DNA of 58,729 nucleotides from Acidobacteriota bacterium. GTDB lineage: Bacteria; Acidobacteriota; UBA4820; DSQY01. The translations under genes and the position numbers were made by a program. Of the stretch, positions 47,774-57,716 are shown in pieces; within the stretch, counting starts at the first letter, position 1, and each line of letters begins with the position of its first letter. The notes under the pieces are model-generated. The model worked only from the letters and a program-made list of their open reading frames with translations, was not told the origin of the DNA and searched no databases. The stretch is from positions 1 to 58,729 of the forward strand of contig JBBIKI010000004.1 of the NCBI GenBank assembly GCA_037445535.1, given 5' to 3'.

Positions 47774-47802
47774 TTGATTCGACGGAGGTCCAGTGCTATA
47801 AA
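47774..47802 (+). promoter_or_regulatory. Sigma70 promoter of the hrcA-grpE-dnaK-dnaJ operon
   Basis: TTGATT-N17-TATAAA with an extended -10 TG. Confidence 0.75.
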
Positions 47803-47828
47803 TAACCGGTCAAGGAGGTTCTCCAAGG

Positions 47829-48869
47829 ATGGGGGATCAACTGCGCGCCCGCGAGGAGGCTATCCTCCTGGGGCTTCTTATGAATTTTCTGGAGACGCGG
47901 GAGCCGGTAGCCTCCAAGCGGCTCGCGGCCCAGTGCTCCGAAGGCCTCTCCCCTGCCACCGTGAGGAACATCCTCGCGGGGCTTGAGGAGAAGGGCTACC
48001 TCATTCAGCCCCACCCGAGCGCGGGCCGCGTGCCTACGGATCGGGCCTACCGCTACTTGGCGGAGCACGTGGCCATGGAGGCCGAGGGCGAGGAAGATCC
48101 GGACTGGTCCGAAGTGGAGACCCTCGCCGCCGACGGCAGCCTCAACGCTCTCGCCCGCGCCGCGAGCAACGCGCTCGCCCAGCGCGTTCATTGTTTTGCC
48201 TTCGCCGTCACTCCCGCCGCCAGAGAACTGCGCCTCAGGAGCTGCGAACTCGTGCCCCTTTCGGCGGGCCGGGTGCTCTGGGTGGTGGTATCCCAGGCGG
48301 GGCAGGTTCTGGAGGCCGTCCTTCGGTCTCCAGAAGCATACAGCCATGAAGAGCTGCGCTGGTTCAGCAACTATTTGAGCGAAACCTATGCCGGGTGGTC
48401 CCTGGGCGAGATCCGGAACCACCTGCAGGGCCAGGTGGAGGGCGAACGAGCCGAATGCCGGCGGGAAATCCGCCAGGCACTCGCCCTGGTGGCCCCCTAC
48501 CTCCTCGCCGTCCCGGGAGAGAGGGAACTCTTTTGGGACGGGGCTTCGTGGCTTTTAGACGCCCCCGGAGCAGAGGGGGACTTGGGGACCGTAAGGGCCC
48601 TGCTGGAATCGCTCCAGCGGAAGTCCCAACTCCTGGATCTTCTGGATGCCCTGGGCCGGGAGAAACCGGGCCTCCGGGTGGTCCTCGGGGCGGACTGGCC
48701 CGATCCGGCCTCCAGAGGACTGGCCATGGTCGCCGCGCCCTTCGGGGGTGACGCGGCGGGCTACGGCCTGCTGGGGGTGATCGGCCCCGTAGCTCTGCGG
48801 TATGACACGACCATACCCCTCGTCCGGCGGGTGGCGCGCCTGGCATCGCTCGCCAGCACGAGGCTCTGA
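47829..48869 (+). CDS. hrcA: Heat-inducible transcriptional repressor HrcA
   Basis: EPVAS..L...LSPATVRN...LEE.GYL.QPH.SAGRVPTDRAYR and C-terminal G.LGVIGP..LRY. First gene of the chaperone operon. Confidence 0.92.
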   Translation: MGDQLRAREEAILLGLLMNFLETREPVASKRLAAQCSEGLSPATVRNILAGLEEKGYLIQPHPSAGRVPTDRAYRYLAEHVAMEAEGEEDPDWSEVETLAADGSLNALARAASNALAQRVHCFAFAVTPAARELRLRSCELVPLSAGRVLWVVVSQAGQVLEAVLRSPEAYSHEELRWFSNYLSETYAGWSLGEIRNHLQGQVEGERAECRREIRQALALVAPYLLAVPGERELFWDGASWLLDAPGAEGDLGTVRALLESLQRKSQLLDLLDALGREKPGLRVVLGADWPDPASRGLAMVAAPFGGDAAGYGLLGVIGPVALRYDTTIPLVRRVARLASLASTRL

Positions 48870-48892
48870 GGCTCTTGACGGAGGACGGCCCC

Positions 48893-49552
48893 ATGCCAGA
48901 CGACCAGAAAGTGGTCCCAGGCGGCCCGCTGGAGCCGCCCAGCGAAGACGATGACATCTCCATCGAGTTCGTAGACCACGAGGAGGCCCCCCCTGCGGAA
49001 GGCTCGTCTCTGCCCACCGGCAACGAGAAGGAAACGGGCATTGCAGAAGCCCAGGGGAGCGGCGCGGAGTCCTCTTCCACCGTCGGCGAGCTGGAGCAGA
49101 AGATTGTCCTTCTGGAGGAGCGAATCCTGAGGCGCCAGGCTGATTTCGAGAACTACCGCAGGCGCCAGGAGAGAGAGCAGGACCAGCTGCGCAGGCAGGC
49201 CATGGCTTCCGCGGTCGAAGGCCTCCTGCCCGCGCTGGACGACCTGGACAGAGCCCTGGACGCCGTGAGGGGAGAGGTGTCCTCGGACCACATGCAGGGT
49301 CTCGCGCTTGTGAGGCAGCGCATCATGGATACCCTCGGGAAGATGGGGCTCGAAGAGATCGTGGCTCAGGGCCTCCCCTTCGACCCGGCCCTCCATGAGG
49401 CCGTGGCCATAGCCCGCCAGCCTGCCCTGCCACCCATGACGGTAACTGCGGTCTTCCAGAAGGGGTATACCCTCGGGGGTAAGCTGCTCAAGCCGGCGCG
49501 CGTCGAGGTGAACGGACCAGCGGAGGAAGCTCAAGGAGGGGCGGATGCCTAA
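48893..49552 (+). CDS. grpE: Nucleotide exchange factor GrpE
   Basis: RQADFENYRRR, LLPALDDLDRAL, FDPALHEAV and FQKGY.LG.KLLKPARV.V. Confidence 0.95.
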   Translation: MPDDQKVVPGGPLEPPSEDDDISIEFVDHEEAPPAEGSSLPTGNEKETGIAEAQGSGAESSSTVGELEQKIVLLEERILRRQADFENYRRRQEREQDQLRRQAMASAVEGLLPALDDLDRALDAVRGEVSSDHMQGLALVRQRIMDTLGKMGLEEIVAQGLPFDPALHEAVAIARQPALPPMTVTAVFQKGYTLGGKLLKPARVEVNGPAEEAQGGADA

Positions 49553-51380
49553 GGTCATCGGGATCGACCTCGGAACTACGAATAGCTGCTTGGCCTTCAT
49601 CGAGGGCGGACAGCCCGTGATCATTCCCAACCGGGAGGGCGGAAGAACCACTCCGTCCATCGTGGCCTTCACGGACCAGGGGGACCGGCTCGTTGGCAAC
49701 CTGGCCAAGCGCCAGGCCGTGACCAATCCCGCCAATACGGTCTTCGCGGTCAAGCGCCTTATGGGCAAGAAATTCAACGAGGACGTGGTTGTGGAGGCGC
49801 GCAAGCTCCTGCCTTACACCATGACCGAGGCCCCCAACGGCGACGTGCGGATGAAGGTTCGGGACAGGGAGTACTCGCCCCAGGAAGTCTCAGCCTACAT
49901 TCTGGCCGACTTGAAAAAGAGCGCGGAAGAGTACTTCGGCGAAGAGGTGAAAGAGGCCATCATCACGGTCCCGGCCTACTTCTCCGATCCGCAGCGGCAG
50001 GCCACCAAGGACGCAGGGCGCATCGCGGGCCTTGAGGTGCTCCGGATCCTCAACGAGCCCACGGCCGCCTGCATCGCCTTCAACCTCGACGAGAATGCCA
50101 GCAAGACGGTGGCCGTGTACGACCTGGGCGGCGGCACGTTCGACATCAGCATCCTCAAGGTGGGCCAGGGCCTCTTCGAGGTGGTCGCCACGGCGGGCGA
50201 CACCTACCTCGGGGGCGAGGACATGGACCGTGCCATCATGCTCGAGCTGGTGAGGCGGTTCGAGAAGGAGACGGGCATCAACCTCACGGCGGACCGGCTG
50301 GCCCTTCAGCGTCTCAAGGAGGCGGCCGAGAAGGCCAAGTGCGAGCTTTCGGCCATGACCTCCACGGAGATCAACCTCCCCTTCATCGCAGCGGACCCCA
50401 CGGGGCCGAAACACCTCGTGACGGTCCTCTCCCGGCCCGAGCTGGAATCCATCATTGCCGACATTATCACCAGGACCCGAAAGCCCTGCGAGGACGCCAT
50501 GAAGATCGCGGGGCTCACCCCGGCGGGGATCGACGAGATCCTGCTGGTGGGGGGCCAGAGCCGGACTCCCCTGGTAATCCAGACGGTGCGGGAGATTTTC
50601 AACAAGGAGCCCCGCCGGGACAAAAACCCCGATGAGGTGGTGGCGCTGGGTGCCGCCCTGCAGGCCGGCATCATGACGGGAGACGTGAAGGAGATCGTGC
50701 TACTGGACGCCATTCCCTTGAGTCTGGGCGTGGCCACCAAGGGGAACATGTTCGTGAAGCTCATCGACCGGGGCTCCGCCATTCCCACCAAGAAATCGCG
50801 CATCTTCACCACGGTCGTGGACAACCAGGACTCGGTGGAGATCCACGTCCTCCAGGGCGAGCGGGAGGTGGCTGGCGAGAACATCAGCTTGGGCAAATTC
50901 CAGCTCGTGGGCATCCCCCCCGCGCCCAAGGGCCTGCCCCAGATCGAAGTGACGTTCGACATCAACGCCAACGGCATCGTGTCCGTCTACGCCAAGGACA
51001 TCATCACGGGCAACGAGCAGAAGATCGTAGTGAACCCCTCCTCGGGCCTTACGGAGGAAGAGATCTCGCGCATCGTGTCCGAAGCCCACGTGAAGGAAGA
51101 AGAAGACCGGCGGGCGGTGGAGATCCAGAAACTCAAGCTCAAGCTGGAACGGCTGCTGGAGAACAACCGGAAGGCGTTCAAGGAGTTCGGCGCCCTCCTG
51201 GACGCGGAACGGCAGACGGCCATCGAGGGAGCGCTCAAGGAGGCCCAGCGCAATCTTGCCGCCGACAATCTCACCCGGATGCAGGAATCCTTGGAGGAAC
51301 TCTCGCGGGCCTCCAGGACCCTCTCCGAAGTCATCCTCTACGATCCGAATGCCATGGGAGGCGGGAGCCAGAAGACATGA
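49545..51380 (+). CDS. dnaK: Molecular chaperone DnaK (Hsp70)
   Basis: GIDLGTTNS, GRTTPS, TVPAYF, NEPTAA, DLGGGTFDIS, LGGED, NPDEVVA.GAA.Q and PQIEVTFDINANGI. Confidence 0.97.
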   Translation: MPKVIGIDLGTTNSCLAFIEGGQPVIIPNREGGRTTPSIVAFTDQGDRLVGNLAKRQAVTNPANTVFAVKRLMGKKFNEDVVVEARKLLPYTMTEAPNGDVRMKVRDREYSPQEVSAYILADLKKSAEEYFGEEVKEAIITVPAYFSDPQRQATKDAGRIAGLEVLRILNEPTAACIAFNLDENASKTVAVYDLGGGTFDISILKVGQGLFEVVATAGDTYLGGEDMDRAIMLELVRRFEKETGINLTADRLALQRLKEAAEKAKCELSAMTSTEINLPFIAADPTGPKHLVTVLSRPELESIIADIITRTRKPCEDAMKIAGLTPAGIDEILLVGGQSRTPLVIQTVREIFNKEPRRDKNPDEVVALGAALQAGIMTGDVKEIVLLDAIPLSLGVATKGNMFVKLIDRGSAIPTKKSRIFTTVVDNQDSVEIHVLQGEREVAGENISLGKFQLVGIPPAPKGLPQIEVTFDINANGIVSVYAKDIITGNEQKIVVNPSSGLTEEEISRIVSEAHVKEEEDRRAVEIQKLKLKLERLLENNRKAFKEFGALLDAERQTAIEGALKEAQRNLAADNLTRMQESLEELSRASRTLSEVILYDPNAMGGGSQKT

Positions 51381-52495
51381 CACCATCGGGAGACTACTAC
51401 GAAATCCTCGGCGTTCCTAAGGACGCCAGCCAGGAGCAAATCAAAGCGGCCTACAGGAAAGCGGCCCTCAAATTCCACCCCGACCGAAATCCAGGGGACA
51501 AGGCCTCGGAGGAGCACTTCAAGAAGGCCTCGGAGGCGTACTCGGTTCTGGGTGACCCTCAGAAGCGGGCCCATTACGACCGGTTCGGCACGGCGGGGGG
51601 AGGCATGCCTCCGGGTGGGGGCGTCCCCTGGGACTCGGATGTCTTCACGGACTTCTCCGACCTCCTGGGCGGCCTCTTCGGGTTCTCCGATCTCTTCGGC
51701 GGCGGCCGGCGCAACCCGCACCGGCCTCAGCGGGGCGCCGACCTCAGGTTCGACATCCGCCTGACCCTGGAGGAGGCCTTCCTGGGCAAGGAGGAAAACG
51801 TCGAGATCCCCCGGGAGGATCCCTGCGCCGAGTGCAAGGGCTCGGGATCCAAGACGGGCCGCCGCTTGACGTGCCAGACGTGCCGCGGACAGGGGACCGT
51901 GGCCTACCGGCAAGGCTTTTTTACCGTGAGCCGCACCTGTTCTCACTGCGGAGGCACTGGCGAAGTGGTGCAGGACCCGTGTGGAACGTGCCGGGGGCGG
52001 GGCCGGATCAGAGCCAAAAAGTCCATCAAAGTGCGGATTCCCGCTGGAGTGGATGACGGCTCGCGGCTTCGCGTATCGGGCGAAGGCGAAGCGGGGGAGC
52101 GCGGAGGGCCGCAGGGTGACCTTTACCTGTTCATTTCCGTGGAGGAGCACGCCTTTTTCAAGCGCGAGGGGGCGGATCTTTTTTGCACCGTGCCTCTCAG
52201 CTTCCCTCAGGCGGCCCTGGGGACACAGCTTCTCATCGCCACCCTCGAGGGTGAGGTGGAGTTGGCCGTCCCCGCGGGGGCCCAGCCTGGCCAGCAATTC
52301 AAGGTCGCCGGGAAGGGCATGCCCCGCATCGGCAGGTCCGGGAGGGGCGATCTGATCGTGGAGGCGGAGGTTCAAAGCCCTAAGCGGCTCCACAAGGAAG
52401 AGAAAAGGCTCTATGAAGAGCTCCTCAAGCTCGAGAAGGACCGCGAGGAGCACGGCGGAGGATTTTTCAAAAAAGTCTTCGGCCGAATGGCTTAA
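51377..52495 (+). CDS. dnaJ: Molecular chaperone DnaJ
   Basis: J-domain with HPD, G/F region, four CxxCxGxG repeats and C-terminal domain. Confidence 0.97.
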   Translation: MTPSGDYYEILGVPKDASQEQIKAAYRKAALKFHPDRNPGDKASEEHFKKASEAYSVLGDPQKRAHYDRFGTAGGGMPPGGGVPWDSDVFTDFSDLLGGLFGFSDLFGGGRRNPHRPQRGADLRFDIRLTLEEAFLGKEENVEIPREDPCAECKGSGSKTGRRLTCQTCRGQGTVAYRQGFFTVSRTCSHCGGTGEVVQDPCGTCRGRGRIRAKKSIKVRIPAGVDDGSRLRVSGEGEAGERGGPQGDLYLFISVEEHAFFKREGADLFCTVPLSFPQAALGTQLLIATLEGEVELAVPAGAQPGQQFKVAGKGMPRIGRSGRGDLIVEAEVQSPKRLHKEEKRLYEELLKLEKDREEHGGGFFKKVFGRMA

Positions 52496-52516
52496 GACAT
52501 CGATAGGGGGTTACCA

Positions 52517-53206
52517 ATGCGGTTCATGGGGGCCATCCTCGGGCTTTCCTCCCTCGCTCTTTTGGCGTCCTGCTCGTCCCTGACGGGCTCCAACGACGAA
52601 CTGACCCGGCGAGTCGATTATCTGCGCCAGGACGTGGAGGACCTCACCAAGCAGCAAAAGTCCCTCACGAATGAGATTCAGAAGCTTCAATCCGCGGTGC
52701 AGGCCATGCCAGCCATTTCTTCGGCCCCCGCGGTTCCGGCCGCCCCTCCGGCGGGGGGCTCGCCGGTGACCGAGCCCGCGCCCGCCCTTGTGCCTGCGCC
52801 CGCCATCGAACCAGCGCCCGCCGCGGAGGCACAGAACCTGGCGGCGGACCCCTCAGCCCTCTACAAACGAGCCCTGGATCTCATGGAGCGAGGGCAGTAC
52901 ACGGAGGCCCAGGCCGGCTTCGCCAGCTTCATCCGCCAGTTCCCCCAATCGGACTTGGCCGATAACGCTCAATACTGGATAGGGGAATGCTTTTACTCCC
53001 AGAAGAACTACAAGGAAGCGGAGACGGCCTTCAAGGCCGTCCGCGACCACTTCCCTTTCGGCAACAAGGTGCCCGACGCCCTCTTCAAGCAGGCCCTCTG
53101 CGAGCGCCAGCTCGGCCAGGAGGACCAAGCCAAGGCTACCCTCAAGTCCCTGATAGAGGATTATCCCGACTCGGAGGCGGCGGGGAAGGCGAAAGGCAAG
53201 GACTGA
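52517..53206 (+). CDS. cpoB: Tol-Pal system protein CpoB/YbgF (lipoprotein, coiled coil + TPR)
   Basis: Lipobox LLAS-C, coiled coil, and F..FIRQFPQSDLADNAQYWIGE...FP.GNKVPDALFK...LI..YP.SEAA. Confidence 0.85.
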   Translation: MRFMGAILGLSSLALLASCSSLTGSNDELTRRVDYLRQDVEDLTKQQKSLTNEIQKLQSAVQAMPAISSAPAVPAAPPAGGSPVTEPAPALVPAPAIEPAPAAEAQNLAADPSALYKRALDLMERGQYTEAQAGFASFIRQFPQSDLADNAQYWIGECFYSQKNYKEAETAFKAVRDHFPFGNKVPDALFKQALCERQLGQEDQAKATLKSLIEDYPDSEAAGKAKGKD

Positions 53207-53235
53207 GTGACCCTCGCACTCACCGGCCCCTCGCC

Positions 53236-54120
53236 GTGACCTACCCTCCGGGCGAGTGGACTCCCCTGGCCGCGGACGCCTCGGCCCGGCGCTATTTCGT
53301 GGGACGGGTAGAGGGCCGCGAGGTTCTGTTGGCGGATTTCGGTGGCGACGCCGATGGCCTCGAGCGATTCGTGTACGTCAGGGCCCTCCTGGAGGGTTGC
53401 GGCGTTCCGGTCCCCGAAATCTATGAGGCCCGCTCCGAAGAAGGCTGGATTCTTCAGGAATTCGTTCGCGGCCGGCCCTTGTCCAGGGCGCGCTGGACCG
53501 AGGATCTCCAGCGAGCCGTCCTGAACCTGGCCCGCGGGATAGGCTCCATGGAAGGCTGGTCCGACGGTCCGGAGCTCCTTCAACTGGACGGCGCGCGCCT
53601 GCGGTTCGAGCTGGCCTTTTTCAAAGTCCATTTTGTCGAGGGATTCCTCAACTGCCCCGCGCCGGGAGGCCTGGCGCCCGCTCTCGATGCGCTCGCCGAG
53701 GAGGTGGCGTCCTATCCCCAGGTCATGGCGCACCGCGATTTCCATTCGGAGAACCTCCTTGAGCGCAAAGGAGGAGGGCTCGTGGTGGTTGACTTCCAGG
53801 ACGCCCTTCTGGCGCCTAGAGCCTACGATGCCGCCTCCCTCGCCGTGGACCCCTACCGAAAGCAGGGACGCCGCTTGGACGAAACCTTCAAGTCGCTCTG
53901 GCTCGCCGGGAGCGCCACCCGGTCCGAAGAGTTTGACAGGACCGCCCTCCAGCGGTCCCTGAAAGCCCTGGGCACCTTCGGCTACCAGATCACCCGCCGG
54001 AAGCGAGCCCGCTACATGCGCTTCGTGGGCCCCCAGGCCCTCCGGACGTTGGATCTGCTCTCCTCCTCCCCCGTCTCGCTCGCCTGCTTGGGGCCGCTGC
54101 TGGAAGGCCTGCCCGTCTAG
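53236..54120 (+). CDS. Aminoglycoside-phosphotransferase-family kinase, AmgK-like (MurNAc/GlcNAc kinase)
   Basis: ADASARRYF, HRDFHSENL, DFQDA...P.AYD.ASL, QR.LKALG.F. Start GTG 53236 is tentative. Confidence 0.75.
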   Translation: MTYPPGEWTPLAADASARRYFVGRVEGREVLLADFGGDADGLERFVYVRALLEGCGVPVPEIYEARSEEGWILQEFVRGRPLSRARWTEDLQRAVLNLARGIGSMEGWSDGPELLQLDGARLRFELAFFKVHFVEGFLNCPAPGGLAPALDALAEEVASYPQVMAHRDFHSENLLERKGGGLVVVDFQDALLAPRAYDAASLAVDPYRKQGRRLDETFKSLWLAGSATRSEEFDRTALQRSLKALGTFGYQITRRKRARYMRFVGPQALRTLDLLSSSPVSLACLGPLLEGLPV

Positions 54121-54186
54121 GAGGCCGCCGGGTGCGTGCTAAAATGCAACCGGGAGTGCAGCGCATCCGCGTGCGGGAGGGCCCTC

Positions 54187-55845
54187 ATGTCTGAACCCGA
54201 TTTCACCCATACCTTGGCCGAATGCCTCGGCCGCTACCTGGAAACCGTCCGGCCCCAGCTCCAAAGGGCAGGACGGGCGGTGGTGGAGAAGGGTTCGGGG
54301 ATACCCGTAGAGCCGCTCTTCACGCCTCTCCAGTTCCATGAGCCGGAGTACATGGACAAACTCGGGCTTCCCGGTGAGGCGCCCTTTACCCGGGGTATTC
54401 AGCCGACCATGTACCGGGGCCGGCCGTGGACCATGCGCCAATACGCGGGCTTCGGCTCCGCGGCCGAATCCAACGCCCGCTACCGCTACCTGCTGGAGCA
54501 AGGACAGACGGGGCTTTCGGTGGCTTTCGACCTGCCCACCCAGATGGGCCTGGACGCCGACCATCCCCTCTCCGAGGGCGAGGTGGGCAAGGTGGGGGTC
54601 TCCATCTGCTCCCTGGAGGACATGGACGTCCTCCTCGACCGCATTCCGCTGGATAAGGTGTCCACCTCCATGACCATCAACGCCACGGCGTTCATCCTCC
54701 TGGCTATGTACCAAGCCGTGGGGGAAGGCCAGGGCACGGGGCCCGAAACGCTGACGGGTACCGTGCAGAACGACGTGCTCAAGGAGTACATCGCCCGGGG
54801 GACATATATTTTCCCCGCGGAGCCCTCCCTGCGCATCATCACGGACATCTTTGAATACGGAACGAACGTCATGCCCCGATTCAATACCATCTCCATCTCC
54901 GGGTATCACATCCGCGAAGCGGGGAGCACGGCGGCCCAGGAGATCGCCTTCACCCTCATGAACGGGCTCACCTACGTGCAGGCGGCGGTGGAGCGAGGGC
55001 TGGAGGTCAATGAGTTCGGCGCGCGCTTATCCTTCTTTTTCAATGCTCACAACGACTTCCTGGAGGAGGTGGCCAAGTACCGCGCGGCGCGCCGCCTCTG
55101 GGGCCGCCTCATGAAGGACAGGTTCGGTGCCACCAACCCCAAGGCGCGCATGCTGCGCTTCCACACGCAGACCGCGGGCTCGACCCTCACGGCTCAGCAG
55201 CCCGAGGTGAACGTGGTCCGCGTGGCTCTTCAGGCGCTGGCGGCCGTCATGGGCGGAACCCAGTCGCTTCACACCAACTCCATGGACGAGGCCCTCGGCC
55301 TGCCAACCCAGACGGCGGCGACCCTCGCCCTGCGCACACAGCAGGTCATCCGCCATGAGAGCGGCGTGGTGGACACCATCGATCCCCTGGGGGGTTCCTA
55401 CGCGGTGGAGTACCTCACCGACGCTCTGGAAGCGAAGGCCCTGGAGATCATGGCCAAGGTGGAAGAGCGCGGAGGCATGGTGGCGGGCATCGAGTCGGGC
55501 TGGGTCCAAAGCCAGATCTCGGACGCCGCCTATCTCTACCAGCAGGCCATCGAGAGCGGAGAACGGGTGGTGGTGGGCGTGAACGCCTTCGCCGGAAGCG
55601 CCGTATCCCCTCCCATCCTCAAACTCGACCCCGGTATCGAGCGACAGCAGCGCGACCGGCTGGGCGCGCTCAGGACAAGGCGCGATCCCGCCGCCTGCCG
55701 GCGTGCCCTGACGGGGCTGGCCGAAGCGGCCAGGGGAGGAACCAACCTCATGGGGCCTACCCTGCAGGCCGTCAAGGCCTACGCCACGGTGGGCGAGATC
55801 ATCGGAGCGCTGAAGGACACCTTCGGTACCTTTGAACCCCGTTAG
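54187..55845 (+). CDS. Methylmalonyl-CoA mutase, catalytic subunit without fused B12-binding domain
   Basis: [17 protein letters not shown] (Tyr, MCM-type), [39 protein letters not shown] and [11 protein letters not shown]. Ends with no DxHxxG domain. Confidence 0.93.
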   Translation: MSEPDFTHTLAECLGRYLETVRPQLQRAGRAVVEKGSGIPVEPLFTPLQFHEPEYMDKLGLPGEAPFTRGIQPTMYRGRPWTMRQYAGFGSAAESNARYRYLLEQGQTGLSVAFDLPTQMGLDADHPLSEGEVGKVGVSICSLEDMDVLLDRIPLDKVSTSMTINATAFILLAMYQAVGEGQGTGPETLTGTVQNDVLKEYIARGTYIFPAEPSLRIITDIFEYGTNVMPRFNTISISGYHIREAGSTAAQEIAFTLMNGLTYVQAAVERGLEVNEFGARLSFFFNAHNDFLEEVAKYRAARRLWGRLMKDRFGATNPKARMLRFHTQTAGSTLTAQQPEVNVVRVALQALAAVMGGTQSLHTNSMDEALGLPTQTAATLALRTQQVIRHESGVVDTIDPLGGSYAVEYLTDALEAKALEIMAKVEERGGMVAGIESGWVQSQISDAAYLYQQAIESGERVVVGVNAFAGSAVSPPILKLDPGIERQQRDRLGALRTRRDPAACRRALTGLAEAARGGTNLMGPTLQAVKAYATVGEIIGALKDTFGTFEPR

Positions 55846-55926
55846 GGTCCAGGAATAGCACGCCAGCGTCTGGAGTTCACATGTCTTAGCGGCGTCCTTT
55901 CGGACGCCAAGCTTTAAGGAGGATTC

Positions 55927-56307
55927 ATGTCGAAGAAACTTATCGTGATGGCCCTTGTCGCCTCGGTCCTTTCGCTCTTCACGGCCACGGCCGCCGTGGC
56001 GGCTTGCGCTCATAAGGGCTGTCCCGCCAAAGTGGCCAACAAGCAGGGATGCATGATGCAGGGCAAGGCCTGCCCCCACCAGGCGGACATGCAAGCCGCC
56101 TTCGCCGCTTTGGAAAAGGATCTCGCGGTCATGGAAAAGGGCATTCCCGCGGCCGGTCAGGCGGCCTTCATGAAGGAGCACCAGGCCAACCTCAAGAAGC
56201 TCCTGGACGCGCGCGCGGCCTGCATGAAGGACTGCAAGATGATGCAGGGCGGCCCCAAGCCGGGCATGAAGCCCATGACCCCCGCCTCTCAAGTTCCCAA
56301 GACCTGA
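55927..56307 (+). CDS. Small secreted Met/Cys/His-rich protein (possible metal-binding)
   Basis: TAAGGAGG SD, signal peptide, CAHKGC, GCMMQGKACPH, FMKEH and CMKDCKMM. Has its own terminator. Confidence 0.75.
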   Translation: MSKKLIVMALVASVLSLFTATAAVAACAHKGCPAKVANKQGCMMQGKACPHQADMQAAFAALEKDLAVMEKGIPAAGQAAFMKEHQANLKKLLDARAACMKDCKMMQGGPKPGMKPMTPASQVPKT

Positions 56308-56334
56308 TCCGGTCCGAAAGGGATGAGGCAAGCA

Positions 56335-56367
56335 CGGGAGCGGGGAGACATCTCCCCGCTTTTCCCG
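56335..56367 (+). terminator. Intrinsic terminator
   Basis: GCGGGGAGA/TCTCCCCGC stem followed by TTTT. Confidence 0.75.
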
Positions 56368-56444
56368 TGACGGGGCGTTCGCCGCATTGCAGGCGTTCAG
56401 GGCGAAGCTATATACTATCAGCCGGATAGGGAGGAGGTTCCGCC

Positions 56445-57716
56445 ATGCGCGCCCGATGGCTTGTCCTTGGGATGTTGGTGATCTTCCCGCTGCTGGCCCA
56501 GGCTACGCCCACGGCGATCCTCGTGGACACGAGCCGGTCCATTCCTCCGGCCCAGTTTGAATCCCTCAAGGGGTCCCTGGAGGCGGCGTTGCCTGATCTT
56601 GTCTCCAAGGGCCCCGTGGCTCTTTATGCCTTCAACGACGAACCCGTTAAACTGGTGGACTACACCACGGACCAAGGGGCCCTGCGCGGGGGAATCCAAA
56701 AGCTCGCCGAGGGCGGGCGCTTCACCCTCCTATACGACTGCCTCTTCACGGCCGAGAAGGACATGGCCGCCCAGGGACCCTCCGGGGTCATCCTCCTCTT
56801 GACTGACGGGCGGGACGAAAACTCGGCTGTTACCCTGGAAGACTTCGCCGCCAGGGCGAGCGAGGCTCACGTGGCGGTGGTATCTGTGGGCCTGGGGGCC
56901 ACCGAGGAGAAGACCTTGCGGCGCTTGGCCGTCCTCACGGGCGGACGCTACGCGGGCATCCTGGGCAAGGGAGACGCCGCGAGCTTCGTGAGCGCGTGGC
57001 GGGAAACGGAGGCCGCGCTTCCGCCCCCGCCTCCTCCCAAGGCCGAGGTGATCCAAAAGTCCCAACCTGCGGTTGCCGCCGCCCCGGTTCCACCGCCTCC
57101 CGCCGACCATTCGGGACTGTGGATTCTCGCGGTGGTGTTCCTTGCCGGGTTCGCCATCGTAGTGGTGGTCCTGGTGGTTCTTCTGAGACGGACCAAGCCT
57201 CCCGAGGCCCGCGTGTGCGAGACCTGCGGGCGAGCCCTCCAGGCCTGGGAGGCCCAGTGTCCCGATTGCCTCGCCAGCGAGCTCGCCATCACGAAGCCGG
57301 GCGTGGACCCTCAGACCCCGGCGGCACCGCCGCTGCCCGAGATTGACCCCGCTCTCCTGCGGAAGGGCCCGCCCTCGGAGGCTCTTGAGCACACGCTCGT
57401 GCTGGACGAAGTGCCCGTTCTGGTGCTCCGGCGGGGGAACAACCCTCCCCGCATGTTCCAGCTCCCTCCGGGGCAGGTCGTCTCCATCGGCCGCGACAAG
57501 GTGAACACCATCTCCGTGGCCGACCAGACCCTCTCCGCGCAGCACTTCCGGATCGTACAAAAGGAAGGGAAGTTCTACTTGGTGGACCTCCAATCCACCA
57601 ACGGGACGTATCTAGACAACGCCCGGGTGACCCTGGCCGAGCTGGGCAGCGGCGCCGTCATACGGGCCGGCCAATGCGAATTCACTTTCCGCCTGGAGAT
57701 GAAAAAGCTCAGCTGA
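56445..57716 (+). CDS. VWA - TM - zinc ribbon - FHA domain protein
   Basis: Signal peptide; MIDAS DTSRS...T...TDG; Pro-rich linker; TM helix; CETC...CPDC; FHA GRDK...SAQH...STNG. GGAGG SD. Confidence 0.85.
   Translation: MRARWLVLGMLVIFPLLAQATPTAILVDTSRSIPPAQFESLKGSLEAALPDLVSKGPVALYAFNDEPVKLVDYTTDQGALRGGIQKLAEGGRFTLLYDCLFTAEKDMAAQGPSGVILLLTDGRDENSAVTLEDFAARASEAHVAVVSVGLGATEEKTLRRLAVLTGGRYAGILGKGDAASFVSAWRETEAALPPPPPPKAEVIQKSQPAVAAAPVPPPPADHSGLWILAVVFLAGFAIVVVVLVVLLRRTKPPEARVCETCGRALQAWEAQCPDCLASELAITKPGVDPQTPAAPPLPEIDPALLRKGPPSEALEHTLVLDEVPVLVLRRGNNPPRMFQLPPGQVVSIGRDKVNTISVADQTLSAQHFRIVQKEGKFYLVDLQSTNGTYLDNARVTLAELGSGAVIRAGQCEFTFRLEMKKLS

Noticed and set aside
54187-55845. Methylmalonyl-CoA mutase lacking the B12-binding domain as a pseudogene
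   Set aside because: Split mutases with a separate B12-binding subunit are well known, and the ORF is intact.
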